From Terriglobia bacterium (GTDB lineage Bacteria; Acidobacteriota; Terriglobia; Bryobacterales; Bryobacteraceae): a stretch of DNA of 64,000 nucleotides. Shown here in pieces: positions 10,260 to 18,877 of this stretch. Position 1 is the stretch's first letter. Each line of letters begins with the position of its first letter. The position numbers and the translations under genes are program-made. The stretch lies in the NCBI GenBank assembly GCA_963709215.1, contig CAVPVO010000004.1, positions 220,101 through 284,100 of the forward strand. Direction: 5' to 3'. The notes under the pieces were generated by a model. That model was not told the origin of the DNA. It made no database searches and worked only from the letters and a program-made list of their open reading frames with translations.

Positions 10260-11078
10260 ATGATGTTCCATTGGCGAAGGCTGGTTGCGGCCTTGGTTTT
10301 GTCAGGCATTGGCACCTTCGCCCAGCCGCCTGCCGTCCAGCCGCCATCTGGCGAATTTGAGGTGGCGACGGTCAAACCGACTGCACCCGATTGGCGGGGC
10401 GGAGCGTATTTCACCATGCAGGGCGGCCACCGGTTTGTCGTACAAAACTACACTCTGAAGTCGCTTGTCGGGGCTGCCTGGGACCTGCCAATGAGACTTA
10501 TCTCAGGCGGGCCGGCCTGGGTCAACGCGGAGCATTACGATATTGTGGCGGAGACACCGGGAAACGCGGGCCGTCCCGACACTGATAAACAAATGTCGAT
10601 GCTTCGGAATCTGTTGATAGACAGGTTCCAGCTCACATTCCACCGAGAACAGAAAGAACTCCCGATCTATATTCTGACCCTGTCGAACAGCGGGCCAAAA
10701 ATGACAAAAAGCGACGGGCCTCCGTCCGCCGGACGCCCTGCGCTTGTTTTCCGCCTCTTTCCCGAGCGCCGAGCTTTGCTGCCGGTTCACGATGCGACGA
10801 TGGCCGAGCTTGCCTCAGCGCTCCAGCGCGGTCCCCTTGACCGTCCGGTCGTGGATAAAACAGGCCTGTCCGACAGGTACGATTTCGATCTGGACTGGGC
10901 GCCAAACGAGGATGAATTCTTCGGAATGATGAGTGCACGTCCGCCACTTTCGGACGATGAGGCCAAGCCTGATATTTTCGCGGCCATTCAACAGCAGCTC
11001 GGCCTGCGATTAACGCCGACAAGAGGAGCCGTGGAGACATTCGTAATCCACAACGCACAGCGGCCCTCAGATAATTGA
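10260..11078 (+). CDS. second TIGR03435-like family secreted protein
   Basis: Signal MMFHWRRLVAALVLSGIGTFAQ, then FEVATVKP, YTLKSLVGAAWDL, MLRNLLIDRFQLTFHREQKELPIYIL, RPVVDKTGL and a C-terminal FVIHNAQRPSDN. Confidence 0.75.
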   Translation: MMFHWRRLVAALVLSGIGTFAQPPAVQPPSGEFEVATVKPTAPDWRGGAYFTMQGGHRFVVQNYTLKSLVGAAWDLPMRLISGGPAWVNAEHYDIVAETPGNAGRPDTDKQMSMLRNLLIDRFQLTFHREQKELPIYILTLSNSGPKMTKSDGPPSAGRPALVFRLFPERRALLPVHDATMAELASALQRGPLDRPVVDKTGLSDRYDFDLDWAPNEDEFFGMMSARPPLSDDEAKPDIFAAIQQQLGLRLTPTRGAVETFVIHNAQRPSDN

Positions 11079-11149
11079 TTGGCTGGCAGGCTGTTTCCAG
11101 GCACTCAGAGGTAACAATCAGCGTCCGGGAATGGCGTCACGGAAAAGCA

Positions 11150-11265
11150 GGGCCCGCAGATTATGCAGACGCTCGTGGCCGAGCGCATCAAGCGAGAGCG
11201 GCAGAAAACAGTCGTTCGACGACGTCGTTGTCGATCGCGCGGAAAAAACTGCGACTGAAAATTGA
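11150..11265 (+). pseudogene. decayed remnant of a third TIGR03435-like paralog (internal deletion; C-terminal tag and 3' flank retained)
   Basis: GPQIMQTLVAERIK resembles APQMMQALLAERFGLK of gene 8998..9972. ..SFDDVVVDRAEKTATEN* with the flank cgcgccaaagtccgccggaaaattgacc is ~85% identical at the DNA level to 9918-9995 (PFDDIVVDHVEKTPTEN* cgcgctgaagtcccgccggaaaattgatcc). Confidence 0.7.
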
Positions 11266-11392
11266 CGCGCCAAAGTCCGCCGGAAAATTGACCAGGCCGG
11301 CGCGCGGTCCCGCAGGGTGGTTGTTATATGATGAACACCGAAGAGCGCGCCCTGTTGTTCCGCGGCCGCGAACCACATAAAGGAATTCGTTA

Positions 11393-12559
11393 ATGACAGT
11401 TCGGTCGAAGCGCCGCTTGAAACGAGGGATAGTTGCCGGTACAGTCGCGTGCGTGGCTGCGGCTCTGCCGTTCGGTGCGAAGATTTTCGCGCAGAATCCG
11501 GCTCCGGCGACGCCGAAGCTGGAGATGTCGGACAAGTATTTCAAGAAGGTCCAGGTACTCACCAACATTCCGGTCGACGAATTCATGGGAACGATGGGTC
11601 TCTTCTCCGCTGCCCTGAGCTACTGCTGCGGCGACTGCCACGTAGGCGCCGGAACCGATAATCCCGACTGGGCCTCGGATAAGAATCCGCGGAAGGTCAG
11701 AGCCCGCCAAATGGCCGCCATGGTCAAGGAAATCAACCGCGCCAATTTCGGCGGCACCAACCAGGTCACCTGCTGGACCTGCCATCGCGGCAGCCCGAAT
11801 CCCGCGGTTACGCCCTCGATCGACACCATTTACGGTGAGCCGCTGCAGTTCCCGCCGGATGTGGTTCTGTCCGCGAAGACCGGTCAAGGCGCGCTCACGC
11901 TGGATCAGATTTTCGATAAGTACGTGCAGGCGCTCGGCGGCGCGGCCGCGACCGGACGTCTGACCAGCTACACGGCAAAAGGTACCAGCCATCTGTTCGG
12001 CGAAACGCGCGAAGATCCGGTGGAGATTTACGCGAAGGCGCCGGACAGTCTCGCGACGTTCGTGCACCAACGCGGCGGGGATCTGGCGCGCACGTTCGAC
12101 GGGCGCGATGCCTGGGTCATGCTGCCGCTCACCGTGGTCGGCAAGTATCCGCTGAGCGCCAGCGCGCGCGAAGGCGGCAAGCTGGACGCCGAAATGGCCT
12201 TCCCCTGGCGTATCCGCGGCTTCTTCCAGAACTGGCGCGTGGGCATCCCGGGGACGCTCGACGGCAAAGACGTCCAGATTGTGCAGGGCAGCGCGACCGG
12301 CATCATTGCCACGTTCTACTTCGACAAAACGACCGGTCTGTTAACGCGTATGGTCCGTTACGCCAACTCCATCTCGGGCCGCGTGCCGACGCAGATCGAT
12401 TACTCGGATTACCGCGCGGTGGCGGGCGTGATGATGCCGTTCAAATGGACGTTCGGCTGGGTCAGCGGCCGCGAGGAGTATTCGATTTCGTCCTACGACG
12501 CAAATGCCACCGTGGACCCGGCGAAGTTCCGCGAGCCGATGCAGCGGCCGAAGCAGTAA
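11393..12559 (+). CDS. diheme c-type cytochrome (reaction-centre cytochrome c subunit-like N-terminal part) with a C-terminal beta-rich domain
   Basis: Signal/TM sequence, then two CxxCH motifs (CGDCH and CWTCH) embedded in ..VLTNIPVDEFMGTMGLFSAALS..RQMAAMVKEINRANFGG. The ~250 aa C-terminal domain is unassigned. Confidence 0.7.
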   Translation: MTVRSKRRLKRGIVAGTVACVAAALPFGAKIFAQNPAPATPKLEMSDKYFKKVQVLTNIPVDEFMGTMGLFSAALSYCCGDCHVGAGTDNPDWASDKNPRKVRARQMAAMVKEINRANFGGTNQVTCWTCHRGSPNPAVTPSIDTIYGEPLQFPPDVVLSAKTGQGALTLDQIFDKYVQALGGAAATGRLTSYTAKGTSHLFGETREDPVEIYAKAPDSLATFVHQRGGDLARTFDGRDAWVMLPLTVVGKYPLSASAREGGKLDAEMAFPWRIRGFFQNWRVGIPGTLDGKDVQIVQGSATGIIATFYFDKTTGLLTRMVRYANSISGRVPTQIDYSDYRAVAGVMMPFKWTFGWVSGREEYSISSYDANATVDPAKFREPMQRPKQ

Positions 12560-12585
12560 TCCGCGGGGCCGCGCGCGTGAAATAC

Positions 12586-12842
12586 ATGGTGGTCGAGCAT
12601 TTCAGGATGCGCCGGCCGTGTACGCGCGCTTCCGCGAAAGCGGCCGCATGATGCCTGAGGGGCTCATTTACATTTCGAGCTGGATCGACGACAAGGTGGA
12701 GCGCTGCTTCCAGCTTATGGAAGCCCCCGACCGCGATCTGCTGGATGATTGGATATCGAACTGGACCGACCTGGTGGACTTCGAAGTCTTCCCGTTGATC
12801 ACATCGCACGAAGCCGGCGAAACTCTGTCGCGGCGGCCCTAG
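12586..12842 (+). CDS. DUF3303-like small protein, one frameshift near 12604
   Basis: MVVEHF (ATG 12586) continues in the frame of ORF 12504..12842 as DAPAVYARFRESGRMMPEGLIYISSWIDDKVERCFQLMEAPDRDLLDDWISNWTDLVDFEVFPLITS. This matches my recollection of DUF3303. Confidence 0.6.
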
Positions 12843-12844
12843 TC

Positions 12845-12978
12845 TAGCAGGCTGCTGAAAAACGCTTCTTGCCACTCCCTTACGGTCGCGGTTCGGAAAA
12901 GCAGGTGTTGATTCCGCAGTGGTTACCGAACCGCGCGCGTCAGCAAGCGGCAACGAAAAGAGCTTTAGCAGCCTGCTA
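12845..12978. repeat. palindromic MITE/REP-like element, copy 2 (complete, 134 nt)
   Basis: Terminal inverted repeats TAGCAGGCTGCTGAAA ... TTAGCAGCCTGCTA. Internal perfect 10-bp stem CGCGGTTCGG / CCGAACCGCG. It fills the convergent gap between the stop at 12840-12842 and the minus-gene stop at 12976-12978. Confidence 0.9.
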
Positions 12979-14103
12979 GAAGATTGTCCGGTGTGCGGAA
13001 TCTGCCGCAGCGGCCAACTCTGTGAGCGCCTCGATGAAGCTCAGTGACTGGCCAATGAAAAGCCCGTCGGCGATGAACGCGCTGACGGCCCCCATTGCAT
13101 CGATCTGTCCCGGCGAGGTCGGGCGAATCACCGCGCACAGAGGCAGAGTGGAGTTGATGAACTCGCACGGCACGGGAAAGATCAGGTTGGTCTGGAGGAG
13201 AGGATTTACCGGTCCCGGGCTGGCTGTCGACGCATCGAAATTCGGGAATTCCGGTAATCCGTTCGCCGCTGCCATGGGCGCTAGGGGCGGCTGGACGGAA
13301 TTTCCAGAGAAATCAACCCACTCCAGGAAATGGCATATCTCGTCTCCGCCGATGCTCAGCGTGATCTTCAGGACTTCCGGGCTGGAGACCTTTTGGCTTA
13401 GCGTGGCATAGAGACTCGAACCACCCTGCTCGATAAACCCGAAGTGAAACGCCGCGATATTGGCGATCGCCTGGATATTGGACAAATTGTAGTCATCATT
13501 ATTTCTGGGAATTGCCGGAACGTTCACTAAGTTGATCGCCTGCGCAAAAGTGGCTCCCAGATCAGGGTTTTTCGTGCTGTGGTACCTGGTAAACCAGCTG
13601 GTATCCACCGTCAGATTCATGAGGTTTGTGAGGCGGCCGATTTGCCGGGCCGGGGTTGCCTGGCTGCTCTGCAAAGTGCGGAATTCATCAAGGTTCACGG
13701 GTTGCGCACCGATGAACGCAAGGTACGCATTCAGGAAGGCCGCGTGGCTTTGCTCATCCGTGTTATTGCTGGAGATGTATTGCGGGCCGTCAGAATCGAG
13801 GTTCATGAAAGCCGCCTGATAGCTGTTCATCGGCGTGAACGGGGCGTTTGCCGGGAACGTCTCGACGGGCGGCTGGCCTGGGGTGAGACCACCGAGTTCC
13901 GCGTACTGCTGCCATAGATCAGCTTCTATCAGTTCAGCCGCTGCCAGAAACCTGAGAATGGCGACGTCTCCCCTTGTCGGGGCCGGCGCTGCGAACAGCT
14001 TACTTTCACTGAGGGCGCCGCCGATCACGGCTGCGCCGGTGGCGATTGAACCTCGCAAGAAGGAGCGGCGGTTCTTATACTGCGTCGATTTATTGGCGTT
14101 CAT
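12976..14103 (-). CDS. Tat-signal ferritin-like domain protein
   Basis: Twin-arginine signal NRRSFLRGSIATGAAVIGG. Ferritin_2-like block GDVAILRFLAAAELIEADLWQQYAEL. ..EICHFLEW. Confidence 0.7.
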   Translation of the reverse strand: MNANKSTQYKNRRSFLRGSIATGAAVIGGALSESKLFAAPAPTRGDVAILRFLAAAELIEADLWQQYAELGGLTPGQPPVETFPANAPFTPMNSYQAAFMNLDSDGPQYISSNNTDEQSHAAFLNAYLAFIGAQPVNLDEFRTLQSSQATPARQIGRLTNLMNLTVDTSWFTRYHSTKNPDLGATFAQAINLVNVPAIPRNNDDYNLSNIQAIANIAAFHFGFIEQGGSSLYATLSQKVSSPEVLKITLSIGGDEICHFLEWVDFSGNSVQPPLAPMAAANGLPEFPNFDASTASPGPVNPLLQTNLIFPVPCEFINSTLPLCAVIRPTSPGQIDAMGAVSAFIADGLFIGQSLSFIEALTELAAAADSAHRTIF

Positions 14104-14194
14104 GAATCTCCTGCAGAATTTAATTGAGCGTTTGTGCGCTTCTGTTCCAGTGTGGGGCGACAGGATGGTGGAGTCGTCGGAACTCAGTGACCAA

Positions 14195-14206
14195 GTTGTA
14201 AATTCG
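14195..14206 (+). promoter_or_regulatory. single copy of the GTTGTAAATTCG motif upstream of the Wzy_C gene
   Basis: Exact 12-mer shared with 36489-36500. Its last 11 nt (TTGTAAATTC core) are shared with 19554-19564. Confidence 0.35.
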
Positions 14207-14220
14207 TCTGCGCGTCATCT

Positions 14221-15597
14221 ATGCACCGGTGCGATGACAATTGTTCTGTCGATTCCTCCGGCTGGGTCAAACCGGAGAGAGCATTCTCCGTGCACGGTCT
14301 CACCCTTACCCGGGCCACAGGTTTCACTGCGCGCGACGCATCTGATCCCGGATTTCCGGCCCTCCTGTGGCTCGGCTCTTTCTTCGCCTGCCTGCTGCTG
14401 CTGCCGCCGCTGCCTTTTCCGATCGGGAACTCGGGAGCTCACGTGGCGCCGTTTGTGGCTCTGCTCGGAGTGCCTGGCAGTGTGCGCGCGATACGAAGGC
14501 GACAGGCTGCGATGCCGACGTTGGCGTTGCTACTGCTCCTTTTCCTGGCTGTGCTGCTTGTCAGCGTGGGATTCGCGGCGGCTTACTCGGGATGGAAGAT
14601 TGCGCTCGGAAGCCTGGCGCGTGTTTTGCTGTTCGGCGTGGGAGTCTGCTTGTTCTTCCACGGCCTTGCCGGACCGCGCGGGGAAGAATGGGACGCGCTG
14701 CGGTTCGCGCGTGTGCTCTTCCTCATTGGGCTGGTCGGCGCGGCTTTTGCGTGCATCGATTTCTACTTCCAGTTCCACGTGCCGGCGGGATTCGCGATGC
14801 AGCTGGTGTGGCTGAAGTCCGGGATGATGCGCCGGGCGCAGGGGGTGTTTTATGAAGCCAGCACGCTGGGGAATTTCTGCGCGTTTTTCCTGGTGATGAT
14901 CCTGGTCGCGGCATTTCCTGTGCGACGCCGGATTTGCCCGCCCGCGCTGCTGGCTGCGGGGGCTTTGATTTTCGGAACCGCGCTGATTCTGTCGGGCTCA
15001 CGCGCGTCGGTCGTGGCGGTCATTGTGGCTGGCTGTGCATTTTCGGTGCTGCGCCGCGTCCGGACCGCCGGAGTTCTGGCGGCAATGGCGGCCTGCCTGG
15101 GCGCGGCAGCGGTAGTGCGTATCGCAGTGCCGGCATTTTGGGATAACTACTGGTTCCGGCTGGCGGGCTCGGCGACCGGTGTCTGGTCGTACCCCAACGA
15201 AGTCTTGTCGGGCCGGCTGGCGAACTGGAAAGTGCTCGTCGATTTTCTGATGCAGCATCCCTGGCATCTGTTGTTCGGGATCGGATACAAAACGATTCCT
15301 TATACGAACTACATCGGAGCGCACGTGGTGGCGGATAACACGTGGCTGGGTCTGCTGGTTGAGACCGGGGTTATTGGAGTCTTAGTGTTCGCGGCGCTGA
15401 ACGCTGCGATCCTGCGAACGTCGCTGCGTGCGGCGCGGAGTGACCAGGGCGAGGCGGCGTTTTTTGGCGCATGGATATTCTGCTTCTGGTGCGTGGAGAT
15501 GGTGCAGATGCTCACCGCGGATGTGATCACGTACTGGCGCGTGCTCCCGGTCTATTTCTGGGTGCTCGCGACCGCAGCACGCGAGTCGGGTCAGTGA
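14221..15597 (+). CDS. O-antigen ligase/polymerase family (Wzy_C) polytopic membrane protein
   Basis: More than 10 hydrophobic helices. LILSGSRASVVAVIV and a large loop, then ADNTWLGLLVETGVIGVLVFAAL. The true start may be downstream of 14221. Confidence 0.75.
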   Translation: MHRCDDNCSVDSSGWVKPERAFSVHGLTLTRATGFTARDASDPGFPALLWLGSFFACLLLLPPLPFPIGNSGAHVAPFVALLGVPGSVRAIRRRQAAMPTLALLLLLFLAVLLVSVGFAAAYSGWKIALGSLARVLLFGVGVCLFFHGLAGPRGEEWDALRFARVLFLIGLVGAAFACIDFYFQFHVPAGFAMQLVWLKSGMMRRAQGVFYEASTLGNFCAFFLVMILVAAFPVRRRICPPALLAAGALIFGTALILSGSRASVVAVIVAGCAFSVLRRVRTAGVLAAMAACLGAAAVVRIAVPAFWDNYWFRLAGSATGVWSYPNEVLSGRLANWKVLVDFLMQHPWHLLFGIGYKTIPYTNYIGAHVVADNTWLGLLVETGVIGVLVFAALNAAILRTSLRAARSDQGEAAFFGAWIFCFWCVEMVQMLTADVITYWRVLPVYFWVLATAARESGQ

Positions 15598-16739
15598 AGA
15601 TCCTGTTTCTCGATCAGTTCAGCGAGCCCGGCGGCGCGCAGCTCTGTCTGCGGGATGTGATGGCGGAATGCGTCGCGCTCGGATGGCAAACGATTCTGAT
15701 GGCGCCGGGCGAAGGGGCGCTGGTCAGATGGAGCCTCGGCATCGGGGTTCCGACGCATCCGCTGCCGCTGGGGAGTTATTCGAATGGCAGGAAGACGTTG
15801 CCGGATGGCGCGCGGTTCGCCGTGGATGTGGCGAGAATGTCGCTGGCAGTGAGGCGCGTCGTGGAGCGCGAAAGGCCGGATCTCGTCTACGCAAACGGAC
15901 CGAGGGTGCTGCCGTCCGTCACTGGTCTCGCGTGTCCGGTGGTGTTCCACGCGCACAGCTGTGTGCGCCGATGGCCCGAACGGCAGATCATACGCTCGAG
16001 TCTGCGATCTGCGAAGTCCACAGTAATCGCAGCATCGAGCTATGTGGCGGCGGACCATGAATCGGCGTACGTCATTTATAACGGCGTGGCGGACCTGTGG
16101 CGTGGCGCGCGAAGCTTCGGGCGGACTATTGCGCGTGTCGGTTTCATGGGGAGAATCGCCCGGGAGAAAGGGCTGATCGACTTTGTGCAGGCCGCGAGAC
16201 GACTTGCCGAAAGCCGGGCCGACGTCGAGTTCCTCGTTTACGGCGAGACGCTCTTCGGCGATCCGCGATACGAGCGGGAGGTGCGGGCAACCGCCGCGGG
16301 AGCTCCGGTCACGTTCTGCGGCTGGACGGACGATGTGGCGCGGGCGCTGCGCGATATCGAGATTCTGGCGGTGCCTTCGGGTCCGGATGAAGCGGCGACC
16401 AGGGTGATCATGGAGTCGTTTTCCGCGGGGACACCGGTGGTGGCCTATCCGGCGGGCGGCATCCCGGAACTGGTGGAACATGGGCGCACTGGATTGCTGA
16501 CAGAGACTCCTGACAGCGACGCACTGGCGCGAAGTATCGGAATTCTTCTGGAGGATCGGCGATTGATAGACCGATTGTCCGCTGCCGGACGGGAAGAATG
16601 GAAGCAGAGGTTCAGGGTTGAGCGTTTTCAGCGCACGGTTTGCGATCTGCTGAAGCAGTGTGCGCAAAGTGCCACAGCCAGGCGCCATGAAGCGTGGGCG
16701 CCAGCACGCGGACATGATGAAGCAGCCGCTTCGCGATAA
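15594..16739 (+). CDS. glycosyltransferase family 4
   Basis: GTG 15594 overlaps the previous stop (GTGA). VKILFLDQFSEPGGAQ.., FMGRIAREKGL.., EAATRVIMESFSAGTPVVAYPAGGIPELVEHGRTGLL. Confidence 0.85.
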   Translation: MKILFLDQFSEPGGAQLCLRDVMAECVALGWQTILMAPGEGALVRWSLGIGVPTHPLPLGSYSNGRKTLPDGARFAVDVARMSLAVRRVVERERPDLVYANGPRVLPSVTGLACPVVFHAHSCVRRWPERQIIRSSLRSAKSTVIAASSYVAADHESAYVIYNGVADLWRGARSFGRTIARVGFMGRIAREKGLIDFVQAARRLAESRADVEFLVYGETLFGDPRYEREVRATAAGAPVTFCGWTDDVARALRDIEILAVPSGPDEAATRVIMESFSAGTPVVAYPAGGIPELVEHGRTGLLTETPDSDALARSIGILLEDRRLIDRLSAAGREEWKQRFRVERFQRTVCDLLKQCAQSATARRHEAWAPARGHDEAAASR

Positions 16740-17913
16740 AAGAAAGCTCGAACAGCTTGCGGCGGGCGCGCAGTCCGATTCCAACCTTTGACGCCGGGAC
16801 GTGAGGGTGGAGGTGAACCCGCATGCGCCGCCGCGGGAAGAGACGGCGCATGGCGATTTCGCGTTTGTCTTTAGCGTTCGAAAGAAGGCAGAAGTGCAGC
16901 CAGATTTCGTTCTTTCCGGCGCCACCGGTCGCAGTCGAGGGCGACCAGGCGGGAGATGATCCGAAGATTGAGAACCAGCGGTTGACCGATGCCGGGAGTT
17001 GTTCGATCGCGGAGAACGCAGCAGGATGGAGATCGCAGTGGAACCAGTCGCGAGCGAGGCGGAAGGTGATGCCTTCCATCACGCGGGACGACGGAAGAGC
17101 GGTGGCACGCCATTCGGTCCAGAAACCGTCTTCTCGTGAGGATCGTTCCAGAAAGTGTGCGACTTCGTAAACGTGCCGAAGACGCATGTCGCCGTTCAGA
17201 AGGTGGCGGACAAGGTGCATCGCCGAGTAGGAGAGAGCATCCACAGGATGGAGCGTGTGAAAGCGCAGGCCGCCGATCTGACGCGCGGCGCGACGCTGCC
17301 AGAATTGACTGAAGTCTGCATCGCAGAAGCGCATCCTCGGCGGATTCCAGAAGCGGAAATGCAACTCGACGGAAAGCGGCATGGCGGGGTCGTAGTAGTC
17401 GTCGCGCCAGGTCCAGCCAGTGCGACGAATCATGACGGGGAGATGATCGGCGCCGGGATCGAGTACTTCGCCGGCGAAACCGTATCCGAGCGACTGAACT
17501 GCACGGGCGGCGTCGGGCATCGATTTCGCGGGAACGTAGATGTCGATGTCGTACTGCGGCCGGTCGGTTGGATCGTCGGTGTACCACGGCCGCTGCGCAA
17601 GGCCTTTCAACACGACGTGCTCGATGCCATGGAGACAAAGCGCGTCCGTGATCTGAGATTGTGCCGTGACGAGGCGCTCGTGACGGACGCGGTTATCGGC
17701 CAGATTGCGGTCGATGCGGCGCCGAACCGATTCGGGCAATTTGGGCAACGACGCGCGGCAGTGCGTCCCGAGTGCAAGAGTGAGATGCGCGCGGTCCATG
17801 GCGTGAAGCAGTGCCGGCCAGTCCTGGTCCGGAATCGATTCCAGTTCGGCCAGCGACCTGTCGTGAAATCGCAGCGCCGTCAGGACTGCAGAGAGGTGAG
17901 TGCGGTCAGCCAT
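16612..17913 (-). CDS. uncharacterised nucleotidyltransferase family protein (PF14907 / NTP_transf_5-like)
   Basis: IEHVVLKGLAQRPWY..PQYDIDIYVP (nucleotidyltransferase-type D.D motif), HLPVM..VELHFRFW, and a helical C-terminal half. The start overlaps the kinase stop by 8 nt. Confidence 0.65.
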   Translation of the reverse strand: MADRTHLSAVLTALRFHDRSLAELESIPDQDWPALLHAMDRAHLTLALGTHCRASLPKLPESVRRRIDRNLADNRVRHERLVTAQSQITDALCLHGIEHVVLKGLAQRPWYTDDPTDRPQYDIDIYVPAKSMPDAARAVQSLGYGFAGEVLDPGADHLPVMIRRTGWTWRDDYYDPAMPLSVELHFRFWNPPRMRFCDADFSQFWQRRAARQIGGLRFHTLHPVDALSYSAMHLVRHLLNGDMRLRHVYEVAHFLERSSREDGFWTEWRATALPSSRVMEGITFRLARDWFHCDLHPAAFSAIEQLPASVNRWFSIFGSSPAWSPSTATGGAGKNEIWLHFCLLSNAKDKREIAMRRLFPRRRMRVHLHPHVPASKVGIGLRARRKLFELSFIAKRLLHHVRVLAPTLHGAWLWHFAHTASADRKPCAENAQP

Positions 17914-18877
17914 TGGAATTCACGAAATCCCGAAGGACATGCTCCGCGCTGTCGAAATCGTGGTAGGTTAATTCGCCGATCGGTAGCTGCAGGAATTCCT
18001 TCAGGGCGCGGTTCTGGTCCCGGCGGATTGTTTGGTCGCCGTAGATGGCGGGATTGCGGAGGCGACGCGCCGCCTGTGTCCGGTCCACCGGTGCGATTCG
18101 CGCATCGACCTGTTCAGGCCGGCGATTCAGAAAAACAATATGGCTGGCGTGACCGGCGAGCGCAACCGGTATGTCGAGCGTATCGGTTTCGACCTCGATA
18201 TCCAGCTTGCCGTTGGGCCGCAGTTCCGGCTTGAACCGGTCCAGTTCGGGGAAGAGCCGGCGTGCTGAATCACGGAAACGAATGCGAAACGGGCGGCCGA
18301 CAACTTTGCGATCGTCACGACCGCGGACGATGTGCGTGGCGTCGTCAGAGAGATAGGTCCAGCCGCGGCGGGCGCACGCATAAGCGAGAGACGTCTTCCC
18401 GGCGCCGGATTCGCCGCAGAGGAGCACGGCGCGTCCGTTGAACGCGGCGCAGGAGGCGTGCAGCGGACTGAGATGACGCGCATCGATCATCGAATAGCCG
18501 GCGGGCTCGAGAAAGTGATATCGAACGTAGCTCTGGTTGCGTGCGACGTCGCGCGTGAGGCAGACAAAGGTGAAGAAACCGGCGAGATCACACATTCCGA
18601 AGTTGTCCGGACCGTGGACGATAGAGATGAGATGGTTGCGGCCACGGGGCATGCGGGCGACAGGAGGCATTGATGCGTCGCGATCCTCCACGACGATTCG
18701 CACGGTCACGGGGCGTTCCGCATCAGCCGGAGATGGAAACTTCTGCCAAAGCCAGTCAGCGGCCGCGATGATGTCCTGCGAATTCGTCTCGAGGTCGAGT
18801 GGAAAACCCATGGGGTAGTAGCGCGACCGCAGGGACAGCGGGAGATCGTAACCCAGAGGATCCTCCTTCGGTTTCAT
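17906..18877 (-). CDS. HPr kinase/phosphorylase-related P-loop kinase
   Basis: Internal start MKPKEDPLGY (ATG 18877-18875) forms an ATGA overlap with the sigma factor stop. Walker A block AVLLCGESGAGKTSLAYACARRGWTYLSDDATHIV is typical of the HprK C-terminal domain. The upstream half of ORF 17906..19417 is an out-of-frame overlap with the sigma gene. Confidence 0.7.
   Translation of the reverse strand: MKPKEDPLGYDLPLSLRSRYYPMGFPLDLETNSQDIIAAADWLWQKFPSPADAERPVTVRIVVEDRDASMPPVARMPRGRNHLISIVHGPDNFGMCDLAGFFTFVCLTRDVARNQSYVRYHFLEPAGYSMIDARHLSPLHASCAAFNGRAVLLCGESGAGKTSLAYACARRGWTYLSDDATHIVRGRDDRKVVGRPFRIRFRDSARRLFPELDRFKPELRPNGKLDIEVETDTLDIPVALAGHASHIVFLNRRPEQVDARIAPVDRTQAARRLRNPAIYGDQTIRRDQNRALKEFLQLPIGELTYHDFDSAEHVLRDFVNSNG

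Noticed and set aside
10028-12978. Possible CRISPR array, because of the repeated ~134-nt sequence
   Set aside because: There are only two full copies, 2.7 kb apart and separated by genes. The repeat is far longer than CRISPR repeats and has terminal inverted repeats. No cas genes are in the window.
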